Below, one piece after another: positions 33,601 through 45,830 of a stretch of DNA of 64,000 nt. The notes under the pieces are model-generated. The model did not search any database and was not told where the DNA came from. It was given only the letters and a program-made list of their open reading frames with translations. Both the position numbers and the translations under genes were made by a program. The first letter of the stretch is position 1. Every line of letters begins with the position of its first letter. This DNA comes from Heteronotia binoei (lineage: Eukaryota), in contig NC_083224.1 of the NCBI RefSeq assembly GCF_032191835.1, positions 97,836,001 through 97,900,000 of the forward strand. Reading direction: 5' to 3'.

Positions 33601-35392
33601 TACCTGGAAGCGATGCTTATTTTGCTTGGGATTAAAAAAAAAATACCCCGCAGTATAACTGCAGTGATACTAACACTGATCAAACACATCCTAGAGGTGC
33701 AGGCATTTTCTGCTGCAACCAACAACATACCCAATCGTGGCACCCTTAGAGTAACGAATAATATCATAACTTTCCTAAGTAAGGGCCCACTTGGACCAGG
33801 TCACGCATTTTAGGAACAGTCTACCTTTCACCGTTTTTCCCTTGGAGCACGAGGACTCGGCCCTAGCACGTTCAGAAAACCCATGATTTACAACGACAGT
33901 TCCGGCAAGCTTGGTACGTGTGTTCCTGAAGGGCAACTAGATAAGATGTCCCTTCCCCCGCATATCTGGCTGGATGCCTTGAAGCTCCTCCTTGAGATTC
34001 AAGTCAGCGGCGGGAGGAAGAGTTTTGCGCCTGCTTTCTGAAGCCGATGATAAAGCCCCCCACCGGCATCAGGAATCCGAGACCAAGACAAACGGCCTGA
34101 GGCAAGTTATGAGGGGGGAAAGGACGGATGGAGATGGGGACTTGAAAACTTGTCAGGAAGCGAGGAACAGGGCCAGAATTAGAGAGAGAGAGAGCGTGTG
34201 ATGATAATGCTAAATTCATGGACTACATTTCCCATCAGCCCCTGCTGCTTGACAATGACCTTCAAAAACAGAGTTGCCTTTATTCAGTGGCAGGAAACGA
34301 AGACGGAAGGGGAAAAGGAGAACAGGAAAGAGGGATCGGGAATGTTTGAAAGAGTTCAAGTGAAAAAAGCATTATCAGTGATAATTTAGCACCAAGCATA
34401 TTGAAATAAAAATGTAAGCTGACGCGACTGATTGCATAAGGGAAATACTGGAACAAAAGCGTTTGATACAGCGCTGAACCTGACTGCAAATCTGCTGCTG
34501 CATCGTCTGGTTAAAGCAGTCTTAGGGACGGACTGTAAAGTGCTCACCCCCGCCCCGTTTTAAGACTGGTCATTCATTGTTAACCCGGTATATTGAGCTC
34601 TCTTCAAACAAAAATATCTGTGTAGAAGCCAGAGTACTTAAATGAAAAGTGGCTGAGCCTAAGACTTCATAGAAGCCACGCGTATCTTCTAGTGCTCTGC
34701 AAGTGCGTATCTTCCAGTGCGCTCTGCAAGGTACTAACGTTATTGGTGGAATCCACCAGAATTAATATAAAAAGTGGTGGTAATGCCTTAAAGCCTAGTA
34801 CTTGCCTCCAATACCGGCTTCCACAAGCGCCCTCCCAGATTATGGTCGTGGTATTTTAAAAATGGAACCTAGGTGCATGGTGGAGGAGAAATGGAAACTT
34901 AATGAGGCAGGAAACAGGAAGGAATTAAGAAAAAAAATAGTTCTGTTTTGATATAGGAATTGGAAGTGGGGCCTGTGAGGAATGCTGTAGTAAACCTGGA
35001 GAAAAGAGGGGTGATGTGAACAAAAAAAAACCATTTAAAAATGTGTGTGGAAGAAGCAAATTGTAAAAAGAAATTAGTAAAATGGCTGAAATTAAAAATT
35101 GTTTTATTTTTTCATATTCCCAGACAACCTTATAGGTGGCCTTCTTGATTGGAAAGCCCTTGAAAATTGTTTATTTAAAAAGCAACAAGTGTACCCCCCC
35201 AGCTCCCACTGAGAATAGGGATGAGAATTAATTTAAAACATAGAATGGCAGTCTTATAGCAACCAAACACCCTGCCCAGAAAGCTTGATTCAAAGGCATA
35301 CGATTCCAGTCAGTATCACAAAAGAGTCAATACGGACAATACAATGAACCATGACACTTCCAAAGAACTTGCTTTTCAATGTCTGTCCTGGA

Positions 35393-38035
35393 TAGGGTTG
35401 CCATCTCTGAGTTGGGAAATTCCTGGAATTTTTTTTTTGAGGGGGGCAGCAAGAGCATGGGAAGGGTGGGGTTTGGGGAGAATAGGGATCTTTGTGGGAT
35501 ATAATGCCATAGTCCCCCCTCCAAAGCAGCTATCCCGTTTAGGCGGTGAGCAGGTTTTAGCTCGCCCGCGTGGCCAGATGGACCCGTTGCGGCTTCAAAT
35601 GGCCATGCGGGATCCCTGGCCCTCTGGCGATTCGTTAGATGAGCTAGTGGAGATCTGGAATGACCAGCTCTCCACGGCCATCGATGAAATCGCTCCCCGA
35701 CGTCCTCTTCATCCTCGATCACGATCCGCTCCATGGTATACCCTGGAGCTGCGATCAATGAAACGGTGATTAAGACGACTAGAGAGACAATGGCGATATA
35801 CTCGCGATGAAGCTACGAGAACATCATATAGGTCATTTATGCGGACCTATGAGATGGCAGTTCAGGCCGCAAAGAAGGCTTACTTTGCGTCCAGAATTGC
35901 ATCTGCGACCTCGCGCCCAGCACAATTGTTTAGCATAACTCGGTCATTAACAAATTTGCCGCAGGGCAAACAAAATATTAGAGAATTGGAAATAGGCTGT
36001 GAGGCTTTTGCGAGTTTTTTCGCAGATAAGGTCTCGTCGCTCTGACGCGACTTACCCGCCATAATTGATACAGTAGAAGAACTTGAGGCACCAAGCGCGT
36101 CTTTTGGTCCAATTTTGGATTCTTTCACTCCACTCAGCCTGGAGAAGGTCGACAGGATCCTTGTAGCTGTGCGCCCTACGACTTGTAGGTTGGACCCGTG
36201 CCCGTCTTGGCTTATAAAAGCGAGCCAGACGTGGCTGCGTGAACCACTACAAGGTATTGTCAACAGGTCCCTAGTAGAAGGGATCTTTCCCACGCCTCTT
36301 AAAGAGGCAGTGGTCCGCCCTCTCTTAAAAAAACCATCAGCGGACCCGGCCATATTGGCGAACTATCGGCCGGTATCGAACCTTCCCGTTTTGGGTAAGG
36401 TTATAGAGCGGGCGGTGGCAATTCAGCTACAGGGGTTCCTGAAGGACACTTCCGCACTGGATCCATTCCAGTCCGGCTTTCGGCCAGGTCACGGGACGGA
36501 GACGGTTCTGGTCGCCCTCATAGATGACCTCATGCGACATCTGGATCAGGGCGGCTCAGCGGTGCTGCTGTTATTAGATCTGTCAGCCGCGTTCGATACG
36601 GTTGACCATCAGCTACTGACTAGCTGCCTTGCCGATGTGAGAATCCAGGGATCCGCCTCACAGTGGCTGACCTCCTTTCTCCAAGATCGGGGACAAAGGG
36701 TGGTGATCGGGGAGGAAGTATCCCAGAGGCACTCTCTTAGTTGTGGGGTGCCACAGGGAGCGGTTCTATCACCGATGCTATTTAATATCTATATGCGCCC
36801 CCTTGCCCAGATTGTCAAGAGGTATGGACTGGGTTGTCATCAATATGCGGATGACACCCAGCTTTATCTATTGATGGGTGGCCAGTCCGACTGTACCCCG
36901 GAAAATCTAGACCTGGCTCTACAAGCCGTGGCATCTTGGCTCAGGCTGAGTCGACTGAAACTGAATCCGACAAAGACGGAGGTTCTCTACCTGAGTCGGG
37001 GTGGTCCAAGGGGAGAGATCCATCTGCCGACTCTTGACGGGGTGCCATTAACACCGGTCCCTAAGGTCAGGAGTTTAGGCGTGCTCCTTGAGTCCTCCCT
37101 TACAATGGAGGCCCAAGTAGCAGCCACTGTTAGATCTGCCTTTTTTCATCTTCGGCGGGCACGGCAGCTGGCTCCTTTTCTGGAGCACAACGATTTAGCG
37201 ATGGTAATCCATGCTACGGTCACCTCAAGAATAGACTACTGTAATGCTCTCTACATGGGGCTACCCTTGACGCAAACCCGGAGACTACAGCTAGTGCAGA
37301 ATGCTGCGGCACGGCTGCTAATGAGGCTGCCACGATGGGAGCACATTCAGCCAGTGCTGAAAGAACTGCACTGGCTACCAGTTGTGTTCCGAGTTCGCTT
37401 CAAGGTGTTGGTATTGACCTTTAAAGCCCTTTATGGTCAGGGACCTGCATATCTACAGGACCGCCTTTCTCCGCATATCCCCCAGAGAGCACTGCGTTCA
37501 GGGGCAAAAAACCTACTCTCGGTCTCTGGACCAAAAGAAGCCAGGCTATGCGTGACAAGATCTAGGGCTTTCTCGGTGGCAGCACCAGAGCTTTGGAATG
37601 CTCTTCCAGAAGCCATACAGGCCCTGCGTGATCTGTCTGCATTCCGCAGGGCCTGTAAGACCGAGTTGTTCAAGCAGGCCTTCGAGGCTTGACGAAGATG
37701 GCTGCCACCGGACATCACACAGAACGCCGGTGTTCACGGCTTGGAATTCTAATGCCGCTATAATGTATTCAGCACTATATAATGGTTTTAATAATCTCGA
37801 ATTGTAATACGTTTTTAAACTGAAAATGTAAATTATGGTTTTATATATTTTATTTGTTTAATTGTGTAGATACTGTGAGCCGCCCAGAGTCCGCTTGCGG
37901 AGAGGGCGGGATATAAATCAAATGTAATAAATAAATAAATAAATAAATTTTCTCCAGGAAAACTGAATCTGTCACCTGGAGATCAGTCATAATTCCAGGA
38001 GATCTCCAAACCCCATTTGGAGAATGGCAACCCTA
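35393..38035. mobile_element. hAT MITE split by an L2 insertion
   Basis: TAGGGTTGCCA at 35393 and TGGCAACCCTA ending at 38035. The left half ends gcagctat (35533) and the right half resumes ttttctccagg (about 37948). Flanks gtcctgga/gttctggg. Confidence 0.75.
35534..37947 (+). mobile_element. 5'-truncated L2-type LINE with uninterrupted 525-codon RT-containing ORF (36115-37692)
   Basis: NYRPVSNLP, QSGFRPGHGTET, LLDLSAAFDTVDH, GVPQGAVLSPMLF, YADDTQLY, LHWLPV. (TAAA)n tail at 37926-37947. Confidence 0.93.
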
Positions 38036-38119
38036 GTTCTGGGGAATAAGTAGGTTTGGAAAAACAGCCAATTTTACACTAGATTGTGTAGATTCCTGAA
38101 TTATTTTTATCTATTTTCA

Positions 38120-39830
38120 TGTTGATCCCTGTCATCAGAGGTATTTCCGGCCAAGCTTAAGGATGCAATGGTCCGGCAGCTTTTGAAGAAGCCATCTTTG
38201 GACTGATGACCCTTGCCAATTATCGACCAGTTTTGAACTTACCGTTTCTGGGCAAGATAATTGAGAAAGTGGTGGCTGAGCAGTTCCAAGCTTTCCTGGA
38301 GGATGCATCCATCCTTGACCCCTTCCAGTCCGGCTTCTGTCCTGGTCATTGGACGGAGACTGCTCTGGTCGCCCTCACAGATGATCTTAGAAGGCATCTG
38401 TATCAAGGCGGATCAGCGCTGCTATTGCTTTTAGATCTTTCAGCAGTATTTGATATCGTCGATTGTGATCTGATGACCCACCGCCTTGCTGACATTGGAG
38501 TTCAGGGCATAGCCTTACAGTAGTTTTCCTCCTTCCTCCATGGTTGGGGACAAAGGGTGGCAATTGGCGAGCAGACCTCCCTGCGTTATCCACTAGAATG
38601 TGGTGTACCGCAGGGAGCTATTCTCTCGCCATGTAGATGTTTAACATCTACATGCGCCCCCTTGCCCAGATTGCCAGAGGTTTTGGGCTGGGTTGTTACA
38701 AATATTAAGATGACACCCAGCTCTATCTGATGATGGACGGTCAGTCAGACTCTGCCCCGGACCACCTGACCGGAAGCAGTGGCTGCTTGGCTACAGCTGA
38801 GCCGGCTGAAGCTTAATTCAACTAAGACAGAGGTCCTATACCTGAGTCGCGGAGGGCCAAGACTGGGCATCTGGCTCCCCACCCTGGATGGTGCATCTCT
38901 TGTGCCAGCTCAGAAGGTGAGGAGTCTGGGTGTGATACTGGATCACACCCTTTCTATGGAGAACCAGGCCACAGCTGCTGCACGATCTGCTTTTCATTAT
39001 CTTTGGCAGGTCAAACAACTAGCACCTTATTTGGCTTCTCGGGACTTAACTACAGTGATCCATGCAACAGTCACTTCCAGGTTGGACTACTGTAACTTGC
39101 TCTACGCAGGCTTGCCCTTGAGACTGATCCGGAAACTCCAGCTGGTGCAGAATGCAGAAGCACAATTGCTAACTGAATTGCCTGTATGGGCAAGCAGTCG
39201 TCCGATGCTGTGCAGTCTGCACAGGCTACCAATTAAGTACCGGATCCGCTTCAAGGTTTTAGTATTGACGTTTAAAGCCTTGCATGGCCTGGGACCGTCT
39301 CTTCCTATATGAGCCCCGAAAGCCATTACAATCGGCCAACATCTGACCATCCCTGGCCCAAAGGACGTCCGGTTTGCCTTGACCAGGGCCAAGGCTTTTT
39401 CGGCCCTGGCTCTGACCTGGTGGAATAAGGTCCCTATAGAGATTCGGGCCCTTCTGGATTTGTTACCATTCCGGAGGGCCTGTAAAATGGAGCTGTTCCA
39501 TCAGGTCTATGGTTGAGGCAAGCAGACAACCTCATCTTCCTATTATACCATCTAACTGGCCTCCCAGCAATGACTGCCATTTCTACTGGGGTCAATACTG
39601 TTGACATCTTAGGGCAACTTAAGGCTGCCCATGATAATTACACGCCATGTGGTAAAACCATCCATGCCATCTTAAATAATTAATTTTAATGTATTGACTT
39701 AATTGTTTTAACTATTCTGATGTTTTATTGTTGATTTTACTGTTTTAGCATGTTGGAATCTGCCCTGAGCCCTTATGGGAAAGAGCGGACTATAAATGTA
39801 CAAAATAAATATAAATAAATAAATTTATAC
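38120..39830 (+). mobile_element. Decayed L2-type LINE fragment
   Basis: NYRPVLNLPFLGK, FQSGFCPGH, LDLSAVFD, TSRLDYCN, with stops and frameshifts; ends in an (AATA)n tail. Confidence 0.85.
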
Positions 39831-39889
39831 AAGACATGAATTTTGCTGATTGGGCTGTATCTGTTATACATCTTTGGAATGTTATTGAA

Positions 39890-40520
39890 TACAGAAAAAT
39901 GATGTAGCCAGTTATTGCCCTGTCTCTAATCTGCCCTTCCTAGACAAAGTATTGAGACACCTGTAGCAGACCAACTCCAGGTCTTCTTGGATAACTTGTC
40001 TGCTCTAGATACTTTTCAGTCTGGTTTCAGATTGGGCTATAAAATGGTCATGGCACTGCTGGCTTTAGTTGACAACTTCCATGTAAATGTAGACAGAGGT
40101 CAGACCTCCTTGTTGATCCTACTGGATTTATCTGCTGTCTTTGATACAGTGGACCATGTCGTTTTGCTGAGGAGGCAGAAGCAGGCATCAGGGGTTATAT
40201 ATTGGACTGGTTCAAATAATTCCTCATGGACTGGACCCAAAGAATTGCCATTGGAGACCAGTTATTGTCAGTATGGGACCTATCCTGTGAGGTCCCCCAG
40301 AGTGCAATCCTATACCCCATACTCTTCAATCTTTACGTAAAGCCCTTAGACCAAATTATTTATAGTTTTGGGGTTGGTTGTTTTCAATATGCAGATGATA
40401 CACACACATCCTTATCAAAATTTCCTGGGGATACAGTAGAGGCCCTAAATTGTTGCCTGGCTGTGGTTAAATAGCTAAGAGTGAATAAATTGAAACTAAA
40501 TACTAGAAAGACAGAAGCAG
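39890..40520 (+). mobile_element. Old L2-type RT fragment
   Basis: FQSGFR, LLDLSAVFDTVDH, VPQSAILYPILFNLY, QYADDT. Confidence 0.75.
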
Positions 40521-43307
40521 GATGCATTGCAGTAGTCCAGTCTAGATGTAACTAAGGCATGGATCACTATGGCTAGATCTGACTAATCCAGGAATGGATG
40601 CAGCTTATGCACCAGATGGAGCTCGGCAAAAGCACTTTGAGCTGCAGCAGCTACCTGGTTTTCAAAGGTTGCTGCTGGGTCAAGAAGTACTCCCAAGCTG
40701 TGAATCTGGCTTTTCAAGGGGAATGTAACCCCATCCAAGATGGGAGATCTTAGCTCCCTAGTCTGCCGTTCTACTAACTCAGAGAACCACTGTCTTGTCA
40801 GAATTAAGTTTCAGTTTAAGGCCTCATCCAGCCCATTACTGACTCAAAGTGCTGGTTCAGAATGTCAACAGCATCATTAGAAAGGAAAGGTAGAGCTGGG
40901 TATAGATCAGGGGTGTCAAACTCATTTGTTATGAGGGCTAGATCTGACATAAATGAGACCTTGTCAGCAGTGTTCTCAGCTGAGTTAGCATGAGCTAGCT
41001 CACAGATTTTTAGACTTCAGCTCATATATTTTTCTCTTAGCTCAGGAAGAATGACCCCAGAAAATCCCAGATGTTTGGGTTTGCAGCACATGAAAGGAAG
41101 AACTTGAAGGATTTCACCTAGTAACTATAGCACACCACACAGTTTGCTCTCCAAAGCTGCCATTTTCTCCAGGGAACTGATCTCTGTACCATTTGGAATT
41201 CTGGGAGAACTGAAGTTTGGCTACCCTGGCTCCTCCCCAGCTGCTGGGGTAAGGGTTCACTTCTCCCACACTTGAATACTCATATGCCTCCTGTTTATTT
41301 CAGTCAGATTCTACAAACGTGAATAATTTTAAAGTTTGGAAACTCTCTGAAATCCTAAACACATTAGAAAAGTTTATTTATTAGATATATATATTTGCAC
41401 TGGCCAGGATAGGGCAATTCATCAAATACAATAAATAATAATATCTATTTATACCTTGATTTTCTCTTCTGTAGGAACCCAAAGCATCTTATAACACTGT
41501 TCTCCTTTCTTCCATGTTATGTTCAAACATTACCCTATGCAGTAAGTTAGGCTGAGAGAATGATTGGCTCAAGGTCACACAGCAAGATTCTGTGGCAAAG
41601 TCTTATACGTTCACAACTGCACCCTAATTTCAGTGGGACTTGAATCAGCAGAGACATGCAATTAACGTATAAAATTCACTGCCACAAGATGTAGTGATGA
41701 TGACCAGTGGTATGGTGACTTGAATAGGAGGTTAGGCAAATTCATGAAAAACAGTTTTAGCATAGTTACTGTATGGTGGGTAAGTGGAACTTCCCAAGTT
41801 CTGGGGTAGTGGACCACTGCATGTTAGTTACTACAGGTTAACAGTGGTGAGAGCCAGGCTGCAATCTTTCAGGTGGGAGCTGAAATCTGGAATTGTGACT
41901 GATATCCAGATCAACAGAAATCAGTTCCCATGGAAAAATGGTTTGCTTTGGAGAGTGGACTCTAAGGCATTATACCCTGCTGAGGTCCTTCCCCAAACCC
42001 CACACCCCCATCCTCAGGTTCCACCTCCCAGAAGTTCACAACCCAAAGTTTGGCAGCCTTAGCTTCCCTATCCTGCTTTCAGTTGGCTCCTATGAGAAAC
42101 AGGATATTCAACTAATGGACCATTGTTCTGATCCAGCAGAGCTCTTTTTATGTTTTTAAATTCCTGTTTACAGTCATTGTTCCTGTGTGCTTAGGTGTTG
42201 TATATAGTTGCTGAGAATAACAACTCATATATTCATAAGTGGATGCCACAGTTCGTTCACAAATACATGCTTTAAAGTACAAAAAAAGAGGAAGGATGAC
42301 CCCAGAGCACATGCAGTAGCTCACAACTTTAATGCCAATACTTCACAAAGTAGAATTTTTGTTCACAAGACTCTGCCGCTTAGAGGGAACACTGCTTGTT
42401 GGGCTGGGCCATGTATGCCATAAAATGCAATGCAGCAGAGATATAGACTTTATAAAGGACACAGAGAAACATTTAAGTTTTTTTAAAAAAAACTTAAAAT
42501 AAAACATGCTTAAGAGATTAGCACTATTGCAGTATTGTTTAACATTCTCTGATAACTGACACTTCTTGCTCTGAATTACTGTATCAAAATCTGGAGACAA
42601 TGTCTATGCTGTAGCAATCTTGAGTATGCTGCTCAGGTATTGATCTGTAAGTTGCAAACCTACTTTTGATTTATTGCTTTAAGCCTAAGAGCCAGAGGAA
42701 GACATGAAATGGCTGGGCATTGTGAGCTTTTGTACATAAATTACTTCATGTGCTGATCAAGAACATGTGAAAGCACTATGACACAGACTAAGGGCTATTT
42801 GTTTATAAAACTATAGTCTTCCCCACAGAAATAATTACAACTCCTATGAGGCAGTGCAAGAATACAGAGACAGCAATGTATAGTGGTATCAGCCTACTTA
42901 CATGGGAAGCCTCAGCCAATAGAGAAAATAGAGGCTTTGCGACTGAACAAGCTTGGCAAAGCAATCTGACACACAGAAGGAAGCAAGAGAGGGAGAAGGA
43001 AGCAGACGATAGTGAGTTGCTTGTGGACCTGATTTGGCCCTCAGGCCACATGCTTGACAACCCTGATATAGATATTAAATAGCATGGGTAATAAGATGGA
43101 ACCCCGCAGCACAGCTGTTATCAGCCAGGAAGGGCAAGGGTTGAGAACGCAGGGGGTAGGTCTCACACTGTCTGCATCATTGGGGTCCACAAGCTGAAAA
43201 ATGTCCATAGAAATCATATTTTTTTCTAAACAATTGTGATAGCTGCAGTAGTATCTCTCTGGTATTTTAACAATTCCATAACCCACTTAAATAGTATGTG
43301 ATACTGC

Positions 43308-43579
43308 AGAGCCAGTTTAGTGGAGTGGTTAAGTGTGCGGACTCTTATCTGGGAGAACCGGGTTTGATTCCCCACTCTTCCACTTGCACCTGCTGGAATG
43401 GCCTCAGGTTAGCCTTAGCTCTGGCAGAGGTTGTCCTTGAAAGGGCAGCTGCTGTGAGAGCCCTCTTCAGCCCCACCCACCTCACAGGGTGTCTGTTGTG
43501 GGGGGGGGGAAGGTAAAGGAGATTGTGAGCCGCTCTGAGACTCTTCGGAGTGGAGGGCGGGATATAAATCCAATATCTT
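43308..43579 (+). mobile_element. tRNA-derived SINE (gecko-type)
   Basis: A-box-like tagtggagtgg and B-box-like ggtttgattcc. Reverse-complement copies at 55256-55520 and 56888-57165. Confidence 0.85.
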
Positions 43580-44395
43580 CAAATGTCCCAATGTAACCAG
43601 GGATAGGTGTATCTTGTCATCTTACTAGTGTTAATTTGGAATTCAGAATGCCTGTAAAATTAGAGGACTACAAATGGAACTATCATCTGCAGACTATCCT
43701 AGTTTATGTTGGTAATTTATTATTTTGGCTGATAGTATTAGCTATACATTGTTGCAAATAATACAGGAGTCAGGAGACTTTTAAATGTCATGCCCTAATT
43801 ACTCTGAAAATATAGGGGGAAAAGCCATTAACTGAGATGTAGGCTTGTAAAGTGGAATATAACATGAAGGTTCTACAAAATTTGGGTCCATTTTTGCATT
43901 TCGATTGATTAAAGGTATTACGTGGTAGGTGTTAGGACTTGCTGAATCTTTAGCTGGCTTTGGGATAATTGCCTCTTTTCAGTTTCTGATGTATGTCTAT
44001 GACAGGTCAGAGGAATGGTGAAATGAAGACTACAAAGTGTCTTTTACCTAAAGAAATGCAGACCTACAGGTTCCCTTTGATTATTTATGTCTAAATAAAA
44101 AAAAACCCAGTTGGCTTGATCCTGTGCCATACAACCCAAGTGCTGTTTTATGTAGGTGAATATTTTAATTGGCCAATTACTCCAGTTTCCTCGACATGCT
44201 CTAGATTGCTTTGGCTTTTTTATAACACAGAACAAAAGAGGAGGTACCAGAGTTTTTCTCTCCTCCTGTCCTCTGAAAGATGGGAATGGCCGCAGTCTCT
44301 CTCTGACCAAGTCATCTAACCACTGAGTTTGCTTTTATTTTTTTGTAGCTCTCCCAGAAAAACTGTTTCAGCCCACCACCCTATCCAACTCCATT

Positions 44396-45595
44396 ATGTC
44401 TGTGAAGCAATTGTGCTACATCGGTTTCCATGTTCCTGAGAAACAGCAGTTGGCCAAGAACCTAGTACAAAAGTTTGGGTTTGAACTGTTTGCTGCACGG
44501 ATGACAGCACGGACCAAGCAGCTGGTTTTAAGAAGAGGAACTGCTGTCTTTGTTGTCAATGAGAGACTGAACGCAGCAAGAGACGTTCCATTTACATTCT
44601 CTTCTGGTCCTTGCAAAGATCAAGGAATCCTGTATGATGTCGATCTGCAGTATGGAGTCAGTACAGCTTCTAACATTTGTTTTGAAATGGAGAATGTACC
44701 TGGCATCTCTCAGAGCCTTCAGAAGCAAGGTTGCCAGATCCTTATCCCTCCTACTAACATAACAGATGAGTGTGGTTGCGTCACTTATGCAGTGGTGAGG
44801 TCCATTGTGGGCAACATCAGTCACACTCTGCTTGACCGATCACGATATTGTGGACCTTTTCTGCCTGGCTTTTGTGGAGTAGAGTGCGCCTCGGAAAACT
44901 TTAGTGGAGTCAGGGAGGTTACACATTTTGACCACATCACCTATGCTTGTCTCCCAGGTAGTTCTCAAGCAGTACTGGATTGGTACAAGAACTGTTTTGG
45001 TTTCCAGCGCTTCTTTGTCCACCAACAAGATGGTGCTGCTGAAGGTTATAGTATTCAGGGAGCTGGCATGGGCCTTCGTCTTACTGCCATGCATTACAAT
45101 GAGAGTGCCTTGACTCAGTTAGATTGTGACTGTAAGCTTGTTCTCGCTGAGTCATTGCCACAACAAAGGAAGAATCAGGTAGATACTTTCTTAGAGCAGC
45201 ATGGTGGGGCTGGCATCCAACATGTGGCACTTTACACCACTGATATCATAAGAACTGCTGCAGCCATGGCAAAGTCTGGTGCAAGCTTTGTAGAACCTCC
45301 CTTAACCTACTACAGTGAGAAAGGGAGAGAGAAAGAGATACAGCAAGTTGGGCATGATCCTCATCTTCTGGAACACTATGGCATCCTTCTGGATTCTGAG
45401 GTAGCTGGGGAAGGAGGCAACATCAGCCCTAGCTTTCATGGTAAACAATACTTGATGCAGATATTCACTAAACCTCTCTTTGCAGAGAACACATTCTTCC
45501 TAGAGCTCATAGAACGGTGTGGGGCTGTAGGTTTTGGTGAAAGAAACATCCGTGCTCTCTGGAAAGCAGTGCAGAACTACATGGACAAGCAATAG
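44396..45595 (+). CDS. HPDL: 4-hydroxyphenylpyruvate dioxygenase-like protein
   Basis: 399-aa uninterrupted ORF: LCYIGFHVP, FDHIT (Fe His), GGAGIQHVAL (Fe His), YLMQIFTKP, FFLELIER (Fe Glu), GFGERNIRALW. Adjacent to MUTYH/TOE1 as in human. Confidence 0.96.
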   Translation: MSVKQLCYIGFHVPEKQQLAKNLVQKFGFELFAARMTARTKQLVLRRGTAVFVVNERLNAARDVPFTFSSGPCKDQGILYDVDLQYGVSTASNICFEMENVPGISQSLQKQGCQILIPPTNITDECGCVTYAVVRSIVGNISHTLLDRSRYCGPFLPGFCGVECASENFSGVREVTHFDHITYACLPGSSQAVLDWYKNCFGFQRFFVHQQDGAAEGYSIQGAGMGLRLTAMHYNESALTQLDCDCKLVLAESLPQQRKNQVDTFLEQHGGAGIQHVALYTTDIIRTAAAMAKSGASFVEPPLTYYSEKGREKEIQQVGHDPHLLEHYGILLDSEVAGEGGNISPSFHGKQYLMQIFTKPLFAENTFFLELIERCGAVGFGERNIRALWKAVQNYMDKQ

Positions 45596-45632
45596 AGACT
45601 TCAATTTCCTCTCAAGAATGAACATTAATAAT

Positions 45633-45638
45633 AATAAA
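45633..45638 (+). terminator. Candidate HPDL polyadenylation signal
   Basis: AATAAA 38 nt after the stop codon. Confidence 0.45.
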
Positions 45639-45644
45639 GTGCAG

Positions 45645-45830
45645 TCAAGTCACAATCAACTTAGGGCAACCCCTCATTGGGCTTTCCAAGGCAAGAGATG
45701 AGCAGAGGTGATTTGCCATTGTTGCCTTCCTCTGTGTAGCAACCTTGGTTTTTTGGTATTCTCTCATCCAAGTTCTAACCATGGTCCATTCTGTTTAGCT
45801 TCCAGGCTCTGGCAAACCCAAGCTAGTCTG
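45645..45830 (-). mobile_element. Sauria-SINE-like fragment
   Basis: gtcacaatcaacttagggcaaccc...caaggcaagagatgagcagagg...ttgccatt...tctcatccaagttctaacc resembles squamate SINE 3' ends (from memory). Confidence 0.5.

Noticed and set aside
34004-34110. Putative transmembrane-encoding terminal exon (AVCLGLGFLMPVGGFIIGFRK...)
   Set aside because: No partner exons or recognisable family found; covered only as part of the CpG-rich segment.
43308-43400. tRNA gene suggested by A/B boxes
   Set aside because: Continues into a 270-bp body present three times in the window, so it is a SINE head rather than a tRNA.
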